Positions 8,801-18,679 of a stretch of 64,000 bases of DNA are shown piece by piece; position 1 is the first letter of the stretch; every line of letters starts with the position of its first letter. Source of the DNA: Actinomycetes bacterium (GTDB lineage Bacteria; Actinomycetota; Actinomycetes; S36-B12; GCA-2699445); NCBI GenBank assembly GCA_022599915.1, contig JAHZLH010000065.1, forward strand, positions 1,155 through 65,154, read 5' to 3'. The notes under the pieces were generated by a model. It was not told the origin of the DNA, searched no databases, and saw nothing but the letters and a program-made list of their open reading frames with translations. The translations under genes were made by a program, and so were the position numbers.

Positions 8801-10489
8801 ATGAGTACTTCATCAACTCATTATTCATTTAGTGGCGTTGCCACTACCGCGACGACTATTGGTATGGCGGGGCTGCTGCTGTTGGGTGGTGCTGCTGCTG
8901 GCGCACCGGCGAAGGCTGCTGATGCCACACCGGCTGGTGATACTTCGGTCGCGGCAGCGGGTGCCCATCACAGCAAGGCTCAGGTGGCGTTGCATGCACC
9001 ATCGGCCGCGACCAAGGGTGACAGCATCACGTTGAAGGGCAAGGTGAAGAAGACTCATCACCATAAGACCCGGGTCGTGATTCAGAAGAAGCACGGCAAG
9101 AAGTGGCAGAAGGTGGATGCGACTAAGACCACTAAGAAGGGCAAGTTCCACACTGCTGACGCGTTTGGTAAGAAGCACAAGGTGAAGCTGCGGGCCAAGG
9201 CAACCGGTCACGGGGTGAGTAACACCCAGATGGTGACGTTCACCAACCCCACACCACCACCACCACCCCCGCCCCCGGACAACGGCGGTGGTACCGGCGA
9301 CGGCGGCGGCGATGTTCAGCCATCCCAACCGCAAGCCCAAAGCATCACCTGGGACACCGACCTGGGTGGCGATCATGCGGTTGGTGACTCGATGCCGTTG
9401 AAGGCTCACGCCCAAAGCGGTGAGACGGTCACCTACACGTCCAGCAACACCAACGCGGCAACCATCTCCGGTAACAAGTTGACGTTCAAGAAGTTTGGTG
9501 AAAGCACCACGATTACTGCGAAGGTTGCTGGGGACGCGAACTGGAAACCAGCCAGCACCGCCAAGACAGTCAAGGTTGACGCCAACAAAAGCGCCTCCAA
9601 CGGCAATGAGTTGCAAGACGCCATCACTGAAGCCGGTAGCAACCCCACGGTCATCCAACTCAAGGGAACGGACTTTACCCACGCACCGCAGGACGGACAT
9701 GGGGATGACGACGCGTTCATTGTGCCTGACGATGCGCAGGTGACCCTCATCGGGAAAGGCACCCTAGATGGACGGAACCAGATGCGCGTGATGGAGGTCG
9801 CCGGCAAACTCACGATCAGTGGCGACATCAAGATCACCGACGGCAGCGCCAGCGATGGTGCCGGTATCCTCAACAAGGGGGCGGTGACCCTCAACAGTGG
9901 CACCATCACCGACAACGGCGCCGACTACGGCGGTGGCATCTACAGCGTCCGAGGGACGGTGGCCCTCAACGGGGGCACCATCACCGGCAACACCGCCACA
10001 GCATGGGGTGGCGGCATCTACAACAGCGACGGGACAGTGACCCTCAACGGAGGCCAAGTCGGCAGCGACAAGCCACGAGACGGTAACACCGCCAAGCTTG
10101 GTGGCGGCATCTACAACATCGGCCCCAATGCCAAGGTGACCCTCAACGGCGGCAGCATCGAAAACAACCAAGCCGAGGACGAAGGTGGCGGCATCTACAA
10201 CACGGGGTGGAATGATCGTCTTGGAGTCGTAACCATGCTTGGCGGCAGCATCACCGGCAACACCGCCGGGATCCATGGTGGCGGCATCTACAGCTACGGC
10301 CCCGTGACCCTCACCGGCGGCAAGATCACCAAGAACCACGCCGACTCCGAAGCTGGCGGTATCTTCATGAATGGGGGCGAGTTGAAGGTGAATGATCAGA
10401 AGATCACCAACGAAGACGCGGCGAAAATGTTCGTGTACGGCAACACAGCCACGTATAGTAAGAACATCGCGTTCCGACCCAAGCCGTAG
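8801..10489 (+). CDS. Secreted beta-helix protein with Pmp-type (GGGIYN) repeats, Ig-like domains and a poly-Pro linker
   Basis: 562 aa. Signal peptide, a Lys-rich Ig-like module, a PPPPPPPPP linker and a Big-like domain. At least 7 repeats of the G-G-(G/A)-I-(Y/F)-(N/S) type are spaced ~25 aa apart, as in polymorphic-membrane-protein/right-handed beta-helix repeats. Confidence 0.75.
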   Translation: MSTSSTHYSFSGVATTATTIGMAGLLLLGGAAAGAPAKAADATPAGDTSVAAAGAHHSKAQVALHAPSAATKGDSITLKGKVKKTHHHKTRVVIQKKHGKKWQKVDATKTTKKGKFHTADAFGKKHKVKLRAKATGHGVSNTQMVTFTNPTPPPPPPPPDNGGGTGDGGGDVQPSQPQAQSITWDTDLGGDHAVGDSMPLKAHAQSGETVTYTSSNTNAATISGNKLTFKKFGESTTITAKVAGDANWKPASTAKTVKVDANKSASNGNELQDAITEAGSNPTVIQLKGTDFTHAPQDGHGDDDAFIVPDDAQVTLIGKGTLDGRNQMRVMEVAGKLTISGDIKITDGSASDGAGILNKGAVTLNSGTITDNGADYGGGIYSVRGTVALNGGTITGNTATAWGGGIYNSDGTVTLNGGQVGSDKPRDGNTAKLGGGIYNIGPNAKVTLNGGSIENNQAEDEGGGIYNTGWNDRLGVVTMLGGSITGNTAGIHGGGIYSYGPVTLTGGKITKNHADSEAGGIFMNGGELKVNDQKITNEDAAKMFVYGNTATYSKNIAFRPKP

Positions 10490-10505
10490 ACAGTACACAC
10501 GACCA

Positions 10506-10539
10506 GTGGCGGGGTTCATCTTCGGATGGACCCCGCCAC
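10506..10539 (+). terminator. Hairpin terminator after the 8801-10489 gene
   Basis: GTGGCGGGGTtCATC-TTCG-GATGgACCCCGCCAC: a ~15-bp stem with a UUCG tetraloop, 17 nt after the stop. No U-tract, as is common in high-GC actinobacteria. Confidence 0.5.
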
Positions 10540-10760
10540 CGTCATGTCTAGACGTCACTAGCCGGGGTCGCCGTAGTCGATGCGGTTTGTGGCCACAAGT
10601 GGTAGCAGGACTCGGGTGGCTCAGCGTGTGAGGGCACAGTCAAGCAAGATGTCTGCTGACCATCGACTCAGCTAGTGGCGAGGTCGTAGGGAGAGCGCCG
10701 CGCAGCGCACAGCACTGTACGGAAATGTGAAACTCCCCCGTGTCTACGAGGGAGTGGATG

Positions 10761-10833
10761 TAGGCCGCCGGGGACTCGAACCCCGAACCCACGGATTAAG
10801 AGTCCGTTGCTCTGCCAGTTGAGCTAGCGACCC
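10761..10833 (-). tRNA. tRNA-Lys (anticodon CTT)
   Basis: The reverse complement folds as a cloverleaf: GGGTCGC acceptor, GCTC/GAGC D-stem, anticodon loop cuCUUaa, T-arm CGGGG-TTCGAGT-CCCCG. CCA is not encoded. Confidence 0.9.
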
Positions 10834-11060
10834 AGAGGAAGCGTACCACTCCACTGGATCCAGCAAATCCATCAGGAGTTCAACGGGAATACCGGCGCGG
10901 AAAATCTCCCTGCCGAAATCCTCTGCCGAATGCATGACGGTGACTCCTCTGGTCGACCCCCGTCGTCGTTTGACTAGTTACTTCATCGGCACTGGCGGAA
11001 AATAGTTGAGTCCATGCTCACCGACCGATGGTCAATCTGTGACCTGGATGGCGCGCCTAG

Positions 11061-11942
11061 TCACCCGGTTGGGGGAGAAATTGCATCCGGCAACAGCCGA
11101 ACCGGCTGTCCCGGCACGAGTTGACCGCAACGATCGGTGTCATCGGCCGTAATCACACCGATAACCGGGTAGCCACCGGTCGTGGGGTGATCCGCTCCCA
11201 AGATGATCGGCTGACCATCGGGGGGCACTTCCACCGCACCACGAACCAAACCCTCGGACGGTAGCGAGCGATCTCGATATGCGGCGGCACGGGGCAGTGG
11301 GGTTCCCTGGAGCCGAACACCTACTCGGTCGATGCGAGGACTAACCTGCAGATCGCCACTGGCGAGTACCTGCCAGGCCGCCGGGTCGAACCAATCCGCG
11401 CGTGGTCCGGGGGTGAGGTGCAAGGTGACCACCTCCGTGGCCGGCGAGGGTACCGGGGCGCTGGCGACGATCGGGTCGCCGGCGATCGCGGTGCCGATGG
11501 GTAGTTGAGCGCCCGCGACTAGTGGGGGCGGCCCCAGGTGCGCCAGGGAATCCCAGGATCGTGACCCGAGCGTGGTGGCGACAGCAATCCCGCCGCGGAC
11601 CGCTAAGTAGCTGCGCAGTCCGCTGGTCGGTGGTCCGATCGCGAGTTCTGCCCCTGGCAGCATTCGAAAAACACTGTTGCGGCCACTGGCGGCGGTGCCC
11701 GCGGTGACCGGCCCTTGCGCCCCGGTCACGGCCACTTCGATCGCTCGGTCAGTGGTCAGCCGCAGTCCACCGGTTAGCACCTCAAGCCCGGCGGCGTACT
11801 CGGCGTTACCCACCAGTCGGTTAGCCAGTGCCAGGGCTGATCGATCGAAAGCGCCAGCCGGACCTACGCCTATGGCGGCGTAGCCGGGTCGACCTTGGTC
11901 CTGCACGGTTGTGAATGGCCCGGGCGCGACGACGGTGAGCAT
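11061..11942 (-). CDS. pxpC: 5-oxoprolinase subunit C (PxpC; allophanate hydrolase subunit 2 / KipA family)
   Basis: 293 aa. N-terminus TVQDQGRPGY..GV..AGA.D is typical of the AHS2/CT_A_B family. It follows pxpAB with a 1-nt overlap. Confidence 0.85.
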   Translation of the reverse strand: MLTVVAPGPFTTVQDQGRPGYAAIGVGPAGAFDRSALALANRLVGNAEYAAGLEVLTGGLRLTTDRAIEVAVTGAQGPVTAGTAASGRNSVFRMLPGAELAIGPPTSGLRSYLAVRGGIAVATTLGSRSWDSLAHLGPPPLVAGAQLPIGTAIAGDPIVASAPVPSPATEVVTLHLTPGPRADWFDPAAWQVLASGDLQVSPRIDRVGVRLQGTPLPRAAAYRDRSLPSEGLVRGAVEVPPDGQPIILGADHPTTGGYPVIGVITADDTDRCGQLVPGQPVRLLPDAISPPTG

Positions 11943-13318
11943 CAGGTCACCGGCTCGAATCGGACGAGGTCTCCGGCACGGATCGTGGCTGGATCAGCCC
12001 GCTCGGGATCGAACATAACTGCGTCGGTGCTTCCCAATAAGTGCCATCCGCCGGGTGAGGAAGTGGGGTAGATCGCGGTATAGCGATCGGCAATGGCGAC
12101 ACTGCCCGCGGGAACCTGAGTCCGGGGGGTAGCCAATCGGGGTAGATGCAGTGCCGGATCAGAGCCACTCAGATAGGCAAAACCAGGGCTAAAGCCAGTG
12201 AAGTCGGCGATGTAGTTCGGCTGAGTGTGGCGGTCGATCAACGCCTCGGTCGATATTCCCACGGTTGTGGCCACTGCCGCCAGATCGGGGCCGTTGTATC
12301 GAACCGGGATCACATGCTGGCGGGGGACTGGCTGCGCCGTGGTTCCGGCTGCGAGGCCAACTGCTCGGGCAGCTGTCGCTGCGGACAACTGCCTAGGGTC
12401 GAATCTCACCAACATCGTGGTCGCCGCAGGAACGACCTCCCGAATCCCAGGAATCGTGACGCTCACCAATGCCGCCAGTTGCCGACGCTGCTCAGGGTCA
12501 GGAAGCAGCAGCAGAATTGCATCGGCGCCAACCTGGCGGTAACGGGGAATGGTTGCTGACTGGGTATCAGCAAAGGCGGCGACCGTCACGTTGGCTGCCA
12601 GGAGCGCTTTCCGCACCTGACCAGCCAACGTCACCGCGTCGGGACTGTCGGAATGAAGGCACAGGCTGTCGGCAGAAATGCGTAGCTGGCCCCCGGTCAC
12701 GGTTTCGATCGGCGTGCGCCGCGCCAATGCCAACGCCCGGCGGGCCACGTCGGCTGGCGACGTGATCAGCGCATCGGGGAATCGCCGTGGCTGCAACGTG
12801 GCGTCGTCGGTGTAGCTCCGATCCACGAACGCCTCGGCGTAGCTGTGCAGACCGACCCGGTCAGCTGCGGTCACGAGTTGGCTATCGGGCAGGGTGAGCA
12901 CCGGCAGTCGGTAGCCCTCCAGCGCGTCCGCCACGATCTGAGCAGTGATCGGGTCGGCGGCCGCTCGGTTGTACAGTGCGCCATGCAGTTTGACGTAGCG
13001 CACTTGCGTGTCTGCTTGCCGAGCAGCCACGGTCAGATCGTTCAACTGGTCGGTGAGAGCAGCAGCGAGATCGTCCGCTGTGATCTCCATATCGAGCCGG
13101 CCAAAGTTCTCCCGATCGGGATACGACAGATGAGCACCCATGGCGACTGCATGCGCAGCTGCGGTCCGGCATACCCGCACCATGGAAGCGGCGTCACCAG
13201 CGTGTCCACCAGCGGCCACATTGGCACTGCTGACGATATTCAGCAGATCAGCATCGATCTGTTCTCCTGCCGCACCTGGGAGTTCACCCAAGTCGGCGTT
13301 CAGATCAATAGTCGTCAC
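11942..13318 (-). CDS. pxpA: Fused 5-oxoprolinase subunits A and B (LamB/YcsF domain + KipI/AHS1 domain)
   Basis: 458 aa. Residues 1-~250 carry the LamB/YcsF signature MTTIDLNADLGE...GGHAGD...KLHGALYN. Residues ~255-458 carry the PxpB/KipI pattern (GFSPGFAYL...IYPTSSPGGWHLLG). Confidence 0.85.
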   Translation of the reverse strand: MTTIDLNADLGELPGAAGEQIDADLLNIVSSANVAAGGHAGDAASMVRVCRTAAAHAVAMGAHLSYPDRENFGRLDMEITADDLAAALTDQLNDLTVAARQADTQVRYVKLHGALYNRAAADPITAQIVADALEGYRLPVLTLPDSQLVTAADRVGLHSYAEAFVDRSYTDDATLQPRRFPDALITSPADVARRALALARRTPIETVTGGQLRISADSLCLHSDSPDAVTLAGQVRKALLAANVTVAAFADTQSATIPRYRQVGADAILLLLPDPEQRRQLAALVSVTIPGIREVVPAATTMLVRFDPRQLSAATAARAVGLAAGTTAQPVPRQHVIPVRYNGPDLAAVATTVGISTEALIDRHTQPNYIADFTGFSPGFAYLSGSDPALHLPRLATPRTQVPAGSVAIADRYTAIYPTSSPGGWHLLGSTDAVMFDPERADPATIRAGDLVRFEPVT

Positions 13319-13347
13319 AGCGCCAGCCTAGGGCGACGCTGCGCAGT

Positions 13348-13424
13348 TGGGGTGAGTGACGGGACTTGAACCCGCGACATCCTGGATCACAACCAGGTGC
13401 TCTACCGGCTGAGCTACACCCACC
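13348..13424 (-). tRNA. tRNA-His (anticodon GTG)
   Basis: Reverse complement: extra G(-1), GTGGGTG acceptor, anticodon loop uuGUGau, T-arm GCGGG-TTCAAGT-CCCGT, discriminator C. A 3' CCA is encoded. Confidence 0.9.
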
Positions 13425-13539
13425 GTGGGCCACGGACGAACCGTGGCCTACCCAAGTGTAGCCGTCGTCGATCGCTACGGCGTGGCGGGAGGACGGCTGA
13501 GCGCGTGAAGAATCTCGGGGTAGGCAGCGTGGTCGCGGT

Positions 13540-14163
13540 CTAGTTGGTTGCAGTAGCGGCTTTCGGTGAACCGTCCATCAGGGTTTCGCGGTAGTAGCGC
13601 AGTTCGGCGATGGAATCCAAGATGTCGCCCATAGCCCGATGATTGCCGGTCTTTTCCGGAGCGGCGTAATAGACCTTCGGGTACCACCGCCGAGCGAGTT
13701 CTTTCAATGAAGAGACGTCGATGACCCGATAGTGCAGATGGTTGTCCAGATCGGGCATGTCTCGAGCGAGGAAACCCCGATCAACGTAGATCGTGGAGCC
13801 CGCGAGCGGAGCCTTGCGATTATCAGGCACGTGAGACCGGACATAACTCAAGACCTGGTCAGCGGCCGCAGCCAATGAAATGCCTTGCGGAATCTCGTTG
13901 ATCAAACCCGAATTTTCGTGCATTTCCACAACTATCGGGGCCATCTGGGCGAGTGCTTCCTCGGGGGGTCGAATGACGACAGTGATGCCGTCATCCACCG
14001 GGGTGAGGTCCGCCTCGGTAACGATGCAAGCGATCTCCACCAACGCGTCCACTGCTAGGTCCAGGCCGGTCATTTCGCAGTCCACCCAGACGATGCGACC
14101 GTCAGGAGTCGGTTCCGATTTGCCGTCTTGAGTGGCAGGCGCAGATGACATGTCCCTCACCAT
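13540..14163 (-). CDS. orn: Oligoribonuclease
   Basis: 207 aa DEDDh exonuclease with VWVDCEMTGLD and HRAMGDI motifs. The orn/tRNA-His adjacency is common in actinobacteria. Confidence 0.9.
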   Translation of the reverse strand: MVRDMSSAPATQDGKSEPTPDGRIVWVDCEMTGLDLAVDALVEIACIVTEADLTPVDDGITVVIRPPEEALAQMAPIVVEMHENSGLINEIPQGISLAAAADQVLSYVRSHVPDNRKAPLAGSTIYVDRGFLARDMPDLDNHLHYRVIDVSSLKELARRWYPKVYYAAPEKTGNHRAMGDILDSIAELRYYRETLMDGSPKAATATN

Positions 14164-14200
14164 ATCGGGCTAGGACGACGGAGTCGGACTCGACAGCGAG

Positions 14201-15070
14201 TCAGCGGACGATGGCCACCGTGGCATGGGCGTGATGAGCGACACCATGACTGACCGATCCCAGCAACAACCCCAAGAAACCACCCCTACCGCGCGAACCC
14301 ACTACGACCAGGGATGCGGACTCTGACGCCTCGACCAGTAGCTGTACCGGGTTGCCCTGTTGGTCGTCGAGCTGAATCTGCAGGTCGGGGTACCGCTCGT
14401 GCAGGCCCGACAGGGATTCGGCTACCGATCGGTAGTCACTCTCGCGTAGCTCCTGCAGCATTTCGGGGGAGGAAAAAGTGGGTACGCCGGTGATGACTCC
14501 CACCGGTGGTAGATCCCAGCCATGCAGGACTCGCAGCGTTCCACCGATTCGGTCTGCTTCAGCGGCCGCGAACTGCAAGGCCGATGTCGAGGCGTCCGAG
14601 CCATCGGCACCCACCACTACTTCCCGACTCGCTGGGTCGACAGAACGGCGCACCACCACTGTCGTACAGCGAGCATGACTAGCTACTTGCCGAGAGACGC
14701 TGCCGAGCAATAGTGAGGTGAAAGTTCCTCGGCCACGCGAACCGACCACCAGCATGTCGGCGTGTTGGGAGGACTCCACCAGCGCTCGAGCGGGACTCTC
14801 CCCAATCACATCACCGGTTGCGGCCAGCCCACGATCCTTAGCGATCTGCAGGGCACGCTCCATCAATTCATTGCCTAGATCCCGTTCCGCATCCAGCAGG
14901 GCCGGGTCCGCAGAGAGTTGTTCATTGCTGGTGAGATCCAGCGGTGGCAGCGCCCAAGCCACGACAATTCGCAAGTGCGCGCCGGAGTGTTGGACATGCC
15001 GGATCGCCCACTCCAACGCGTCGACAGATTCCGACGAGCCATCAAATCCGACAAGGACCGTTCCCGACAT
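14201..15070 (-). CDS. Universal stress protein, tandem Usp domains
   Basis: 289 aa with two Usp halves, each ending in the ATP-binding motif G(S)RGRG.F....LGSVS (twice). Confidence 0.85.
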   Translation of the reverse strand: MSGTVLVGFDGSSESVDALEWAIRHVQHSGAHLRIVVAWALPPLDLTSNEQLSADPALLDAERDLGNELMERALQIAKDRGLAATGDVIGESPARALVESSQHADMLVVGSRGRGTFTSLLLGSVSRQVASHARCTTVVVRRSVDPASREVVVGADGSDASTSALQFAAAEADRIGGTLRVLHGWDLPPVGVITGVPTFSSPEMLQELRESDYRSVAESLSGLHERYPDLQIQLDDQQGNPVQLLVEASESASLVVVGSRGRGGFLGLLLGSVSHGVAHHAHATVAIVR

Positions 15071-15232
15071 TTCGACCTCCCGGCGCAGCCGTTCCTAGTT
15101 CCCGCCACCAGCCTACTGTTATCCACCGTTGCAGTTGGGTAGGGCCGGTCACAGGAGTATCCTGAAAGAGAAGGGTGCAAGGCACCCGGCGGTGGAGTTG
15201 AGGTGCAGCCTTGTCCCGGTGGGAGGTGCATC

Positions 15233-16108
15233 ATGTCAAGCCAAGTTGTTCTGGGATATGACCAGTCGCCGATTTCCGATCTAGCTCTGGAATGGGCGGT
15301 AGGAGCTGCAGTTGAGCGCGGCGAGCCGTTGCGGGTCGTCGTGTGCTGGCAGGTCCCTGCGATGTTCGTCGGTACCAGTGTTGGGGTCGGCGTCGCGCCT
15401 GAGTCCGTCACCGGAATGGAAGCAGAGGCAGCCGGAGTGCTGGCCGAGGCGCAGGCCAAGGCGTCGGGGATGGCGCTCGATCTCGAGGTTCACGGTGAGA
15501 TTGTCGTCGGTAGTCCAGCGGCTACGTTGGTGGAGCAGTCGCGGCAGGCGTCGCTGGTGGTCGTGGGTTCACATGGCCGCGGTGGCTTCTCCGGTCTTTT
15601 GCTGGGAAGTGTGTCCCGCGAAGTCGCTACCCACGCGTCCTGCCCGGTCGCGGTGGTTCGTGAGCCAGCCACACCGGGGGCCAAAGAAATTGTGGTAGGT
15701 GTCGATGGCTCTGACCACGCGCTGCGGGCGTTGGACTTCGCCTTCGACTATGCCAGCCGCAAGTTTCTGCGGGTGCGGGTGCTACATGCCTGGGAGGTGC
15801 CACCATTAGCAGCGCTATCTTCCAGCCCCGAACTGACCGCGCACCAGTTGCTGCACGATCTAAAGGCGGCGGAAGCTCGGGCTACCGCGGAGGTGGTGGC
15901 GGGCCATTCAGACCGCTACCCCGATGTGGACGTGGTCGAGGAGATCGTCCACGGATCCACCATTGGCCAGTTGGTCACCGCCTCGGAGACTGCGGCAGCG
16001 GTTGTGGTCGGGTCGCGTGGCCGGGGTGGTTTCCTCGGACTGTTGCTCGGCTCAACCAGCCACGGGGTACTGCATTACGCCAAGTGCCCAGTAGTCGTTG
16101 TCCACTGA
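15233..16108 (+). CDS. Universal stress protein, tandem Usp domains
   Basis: Two Usp halves with GSHGRGGFSGLLLGSVS and GSRGRGGFLGLLLGSTS. ATG at 15233 is preferred over the track start 15203 because GGGAGG lies 7 nt upstream. Confidence 0.85.
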   Translation: MSSQVVLGYDQSPISDLALEWAVGAAVERGEPLRVVVCWQVPAMFVGTSVGVGVAPESVTGMEAEAAGVLAEAQAKASGMALDLEVHGEIVVGSPAATLVEQSRQASLVVVGSHGRGGFSGLLLGSVSREVATHASCPVAVVREPATPGAKEIVVGVDGSDHALRALDFAFDYASRKFLRVRVLHAWEVPPLAALSSSPELTAHQLLHDLKAAEARATAEVVAGHSDRYPDVDVVEEIVHGSTIGQLVTASETAAAVVVGSRGRGGFLGLLLGSTSHGVLHYAKCPVVVVH

Positions 16109-16209
16109 GCGAGTTCGCACCGCACTGCGCACCTCCGGAGTGATCGGATAACTGCTCGCTAGCGACAGGCGGCGGCGTCCCGTTAGGGCGTTGCCGCCAG
16201 TCGGATCAG

Positions 16210-17694
16210 TTAACTCTTCACCCATCCCAGGGTGCGCTCGACCGCTTCTTTCCACCTGCTGAACAGCGCTTCACGTTCCTTCTCCGACATCTTGGGCTTC
16301 CAGCGCTTGCCCTCTGCCCAGTTCTTGTGAATATCGTCTTCGCTCTTCCAGAAGCCGACGGCCAAGCCAGCCGCGTAGGCAGCCCCAAGCGCGGTGGTTT
16401 CGATGACTTCAGGACGGACGACATTCACACCGAGAATGTCGCTTTGGAATTGCATCAACATTTCGTTGACCACCATCCCGCCATCCACCTTGAGGCTGAC
16501 TAAGTCGACTCCGGAATCAGCCTGCATCGCTTCGATTACTTCTCGCGACTGGTAGGCGGCCGCTTCCAATGCCGCCCGGGCGATGTGGCCGCGATTGATG
16601 AACCTGGTCAACCCGACGATCACCCCACGAGCATCACTGCGCCAGTAGGGGGCGTAGAGACCGGAAAAGGCGGGGACGAAGTAGCAGTCACCATTGTCAG
16701 GAACGCTCATGGCGAGTTCTTCTACCTCGGGGGCACTTTCGATGATTTCCAAGTTGTCCCGCAGCCACTGGATCAAACTGCCCGTCATGGCGATGGAGCC
16801 TTCCAGCGCAAACACCGTGTCCTGCTGACCTATCTTGTAGCAGACCGTGGTGAGCAAGCCGTTCTCGCTGATGACTCGTTCGGTGCCGGTGTTGAGCAGG
16901 ATGAAACTGCCAGTCCCGTAGGTGTTCTTCGCTTCGCCGGGGGTGAGGCAGGCTTGCCCGAAGGTAGCGGCTTGCTGATCTCCCAGGATTCCGGCGATTG
17001 GTACACCTGCCATGGACGCAGGTGATTTCACCTTCCCGTAGACCTCAGAAGAGGACTTGATCTCAGGGAGCATCGACATGGGAACTCCGATGGCATCGCA
17101 GAGGTTTTCGTCCCACTGCAGCGTCTCCAGATCCATGAGCAAGGTACGGCTCGCGTTGGTGGGATCGGTGATGTGGGCCCCTTCGGTGAGGTTCCAGATC
17201 AGCCAGCTGTCGATGGTGCCGGCAATCAAATCGCCCGCTTCGGCGCGAACTCTGGCGCCGGGCACGTTGTCCAGAATCCAACGAATCTTTGGACCGCAGA
17301 AGTAGGTCGCGAGCGGCAAACCGGTCTGCGCCCGGAACCGATCCGGATCGCCGAGTTCGTCAATAATGCCTTTGGTGCGAGTGTCCTGCCAAACGATGGC
17401 GTTGTAGACCGGTTGACCACTTTGCCGGTCCCACACAATAGTTGTCTCGCGCTGTTGTGTGATCCCAATCGCCTCAACGTCCTTCACTGGAATCGCGGCT
17501 TCGGCTAACGCCGCACCCATCACTTTGCGGGTGTTACTCCAAATCTCCATCGGATCGTGTTCCACCCAGCCTGCCTGCGGAAAAATCTGCCGGTGCTCCA
17601 CCTGGCTGCTGGCAATCGGCTTTCCGTCATGTCCAAACAAGATTGCTCGAGTTGATGTCGTGCCTTGATCCAAAGACATCACACATTTCGCCAT
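16210..17694 (-). CDS. glpK: Glycerol kinase
   Basis: 494 aa FGGY kinase. The N-terminus [21 protein letters not shown] and C-terminal [13 protein letters not shown] are classic GlpK. Confidence 0.95.
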   Translation of the reverse strand: MAKCVMSLDQGTTSTRAILFGHDGKPIASSQVEHRQIFPQAGWVEHDPMEIWSNTRKVMGAALAEAAIPVKDVEAIGITQQRETTIVWDRQSGQPVYNAIVWQDTRTKGIIDELGDPDRFRAQTGLPLATYFCGPKIRWILDNVPGARVRAEAGDLIAGTIDSWLIWNLTEGAHITDPTNASRTLLMDLETLQWDENLCDAIGVPMSMLPEIKSSSEVYGKVKSPASMAGVPIAGILGDQQAATFGQACLTPGEAKNTYGTGSFILLNTGTERVISENGLLTTVCYKIGQQDTVFALEGSIAMTGSLIQWLRDNLEIIESAPEVEELAMSVPDNGDCYFVPAFSGLYAPYWRSDARGVIVGLTRFINRGHIARAALEAAAYQSREVIEAMQADSGVDLVSLKVDGGMVVNEMLMQFQSDILGVNVVRPEVIETTALGAAYAAGLAVGFWKSEDDIHKNWAEGKRWKPKMSEKEREALFSRWKEAVERTLGWVKS

Positions 17695-17830
17695 AGTCGC
17701 TCAGCTCCTAGACCAGAAAGTTCGGCTGTCGAGTTCCGACTTCGACCGTAGCGATCCGAACCGGTTGAAGCATCTGCTTCGCTCACTTCGGCAGCGATGC
17801 GGCGTCCGCCCTGCGATGCCACAGTGGGGT

Positions 17831-18604
17831 ATGCAGGTAATGGGCGTCGACTTGGCCGCGGCTGACAACAATACGGCGCTGGCAGTGCTGGAGCGGGTGG
17901 ATAGTCGCTGGCGCCTCTGCAGCTTGAGCAGCCCGGTGACGGATGAACAGATCCTCGCTGTCATTAGCGCACTGCCAGTAGGCAGTCGAATCGGTTTCGA
18001 TTGCCCCTTAGGTTGGCCCGCCTCGTTTGTTGATTTCATTGCCGACCACAGCACTTTGGCGCAGCGCCCGGTCCCGGCGAAAGCAGACTTGCTGAAACGT
18101 TGCACTGATCGACGCGTGGCGGAACTAGTAGCAGAGCAGACCAACCCCCCGATCCGGCTGACGCCGCTGAGTGTGTCCTCTGATCGGATTGCGGTGCCAG
18201 CCTGGCGAATGGCCCACTTGGAAAGGCAGTTGCTGGCTGGTGCAGCCCCTGATCGCTCCGGAACTGGTCTGATCGCAGAAGTGTATCCGGCTGCTGCGCT
18301 GGCAATGTGGCAGTTACCCCATCGGGGTTACAAAGGTCGGGATGGCCGAGCAGTACGGGAAAAAATCCTGGCTGGGATCACTCAACGGGCGGGCGACCTG
18401 CTGGGCTTCGGCGACTACGGTGAACAGTTGTTGGCCAGCGATCACTGTCTGGATGCGCTCCTCAGTGCGTTGGTCACCGTGGCGATTGCCGTGGATCAGT
18501 TGGCTGCCGACTCGATTCCACGCGGGAGTAATGAGCAAGAACTGGCGATGACCGAGGGGTGGATCCAGCTACCGGCTCCGGATCTAACTGCCGTATTGGG
18601 CTGA
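17831..18604 (+). CDS. DUF429-family protein (predicted RNase-H-fold nuclease)
   Basis: The beginning ...MGVDLAAADNNTALAVLE resembles DUF429 proteins, as do the length and the later EVYPAAAL segment. Start uncertain (17765/17831/17840). Confidence 0.5.
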   Translation: MQVMGVDLAAADNNTALAVLERVDSRWRLCSLSSPVTDEQILAVISALPVGSRIGFDCPLGWPASFVDFIADHSTLAQRPVPAKADLLKRCTDRRVAELVAEQTNPPIRLTPLSVSSDRIAVPAWRMAHLERQLLAGAAPDRSGTGLIAEVYPAAALAMWQLPHRGYKGRDGRAVREKILAGITQRAGDLLGFGDYGEQLLASDHCLDALLSALVTVAIAVDQLAADSIPRGSNEQELAMTEGWIQLPAPDLTAVLG

Positions 18605-18679
18605 GCGGCGACCGGCAGCACGCCAGGGGCTTGCTCCGCAAGATCACTCCAGTGGTTTGCTCCGCAAGATCGTCGCCAG

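Noticed and set aside
10761-13424. tRNA-Lys and tRNA-His flanking the pxp genes, as a possible tRNA-targeted genomic island. Likewise tRNA-Arg at the right edge.
   Set aside because: No integrase, direct repeats of tRNA 3' ends or compositional shift were seen. The enclosed genes are ordinary metabolism.
15071-15232. DosR/DevR-type box or operator between the divergent universal-stress-protein genes, including the small palindrome GGGTGC-aag-GCACCC at 15173-15187.
   Set aside because: No good match to the 20-bp DevR consensus (TTSGGGACTWWAGTCCCSAA). The 6-bp palindrome is too short to distinguish from chance in GC-rich DNA.
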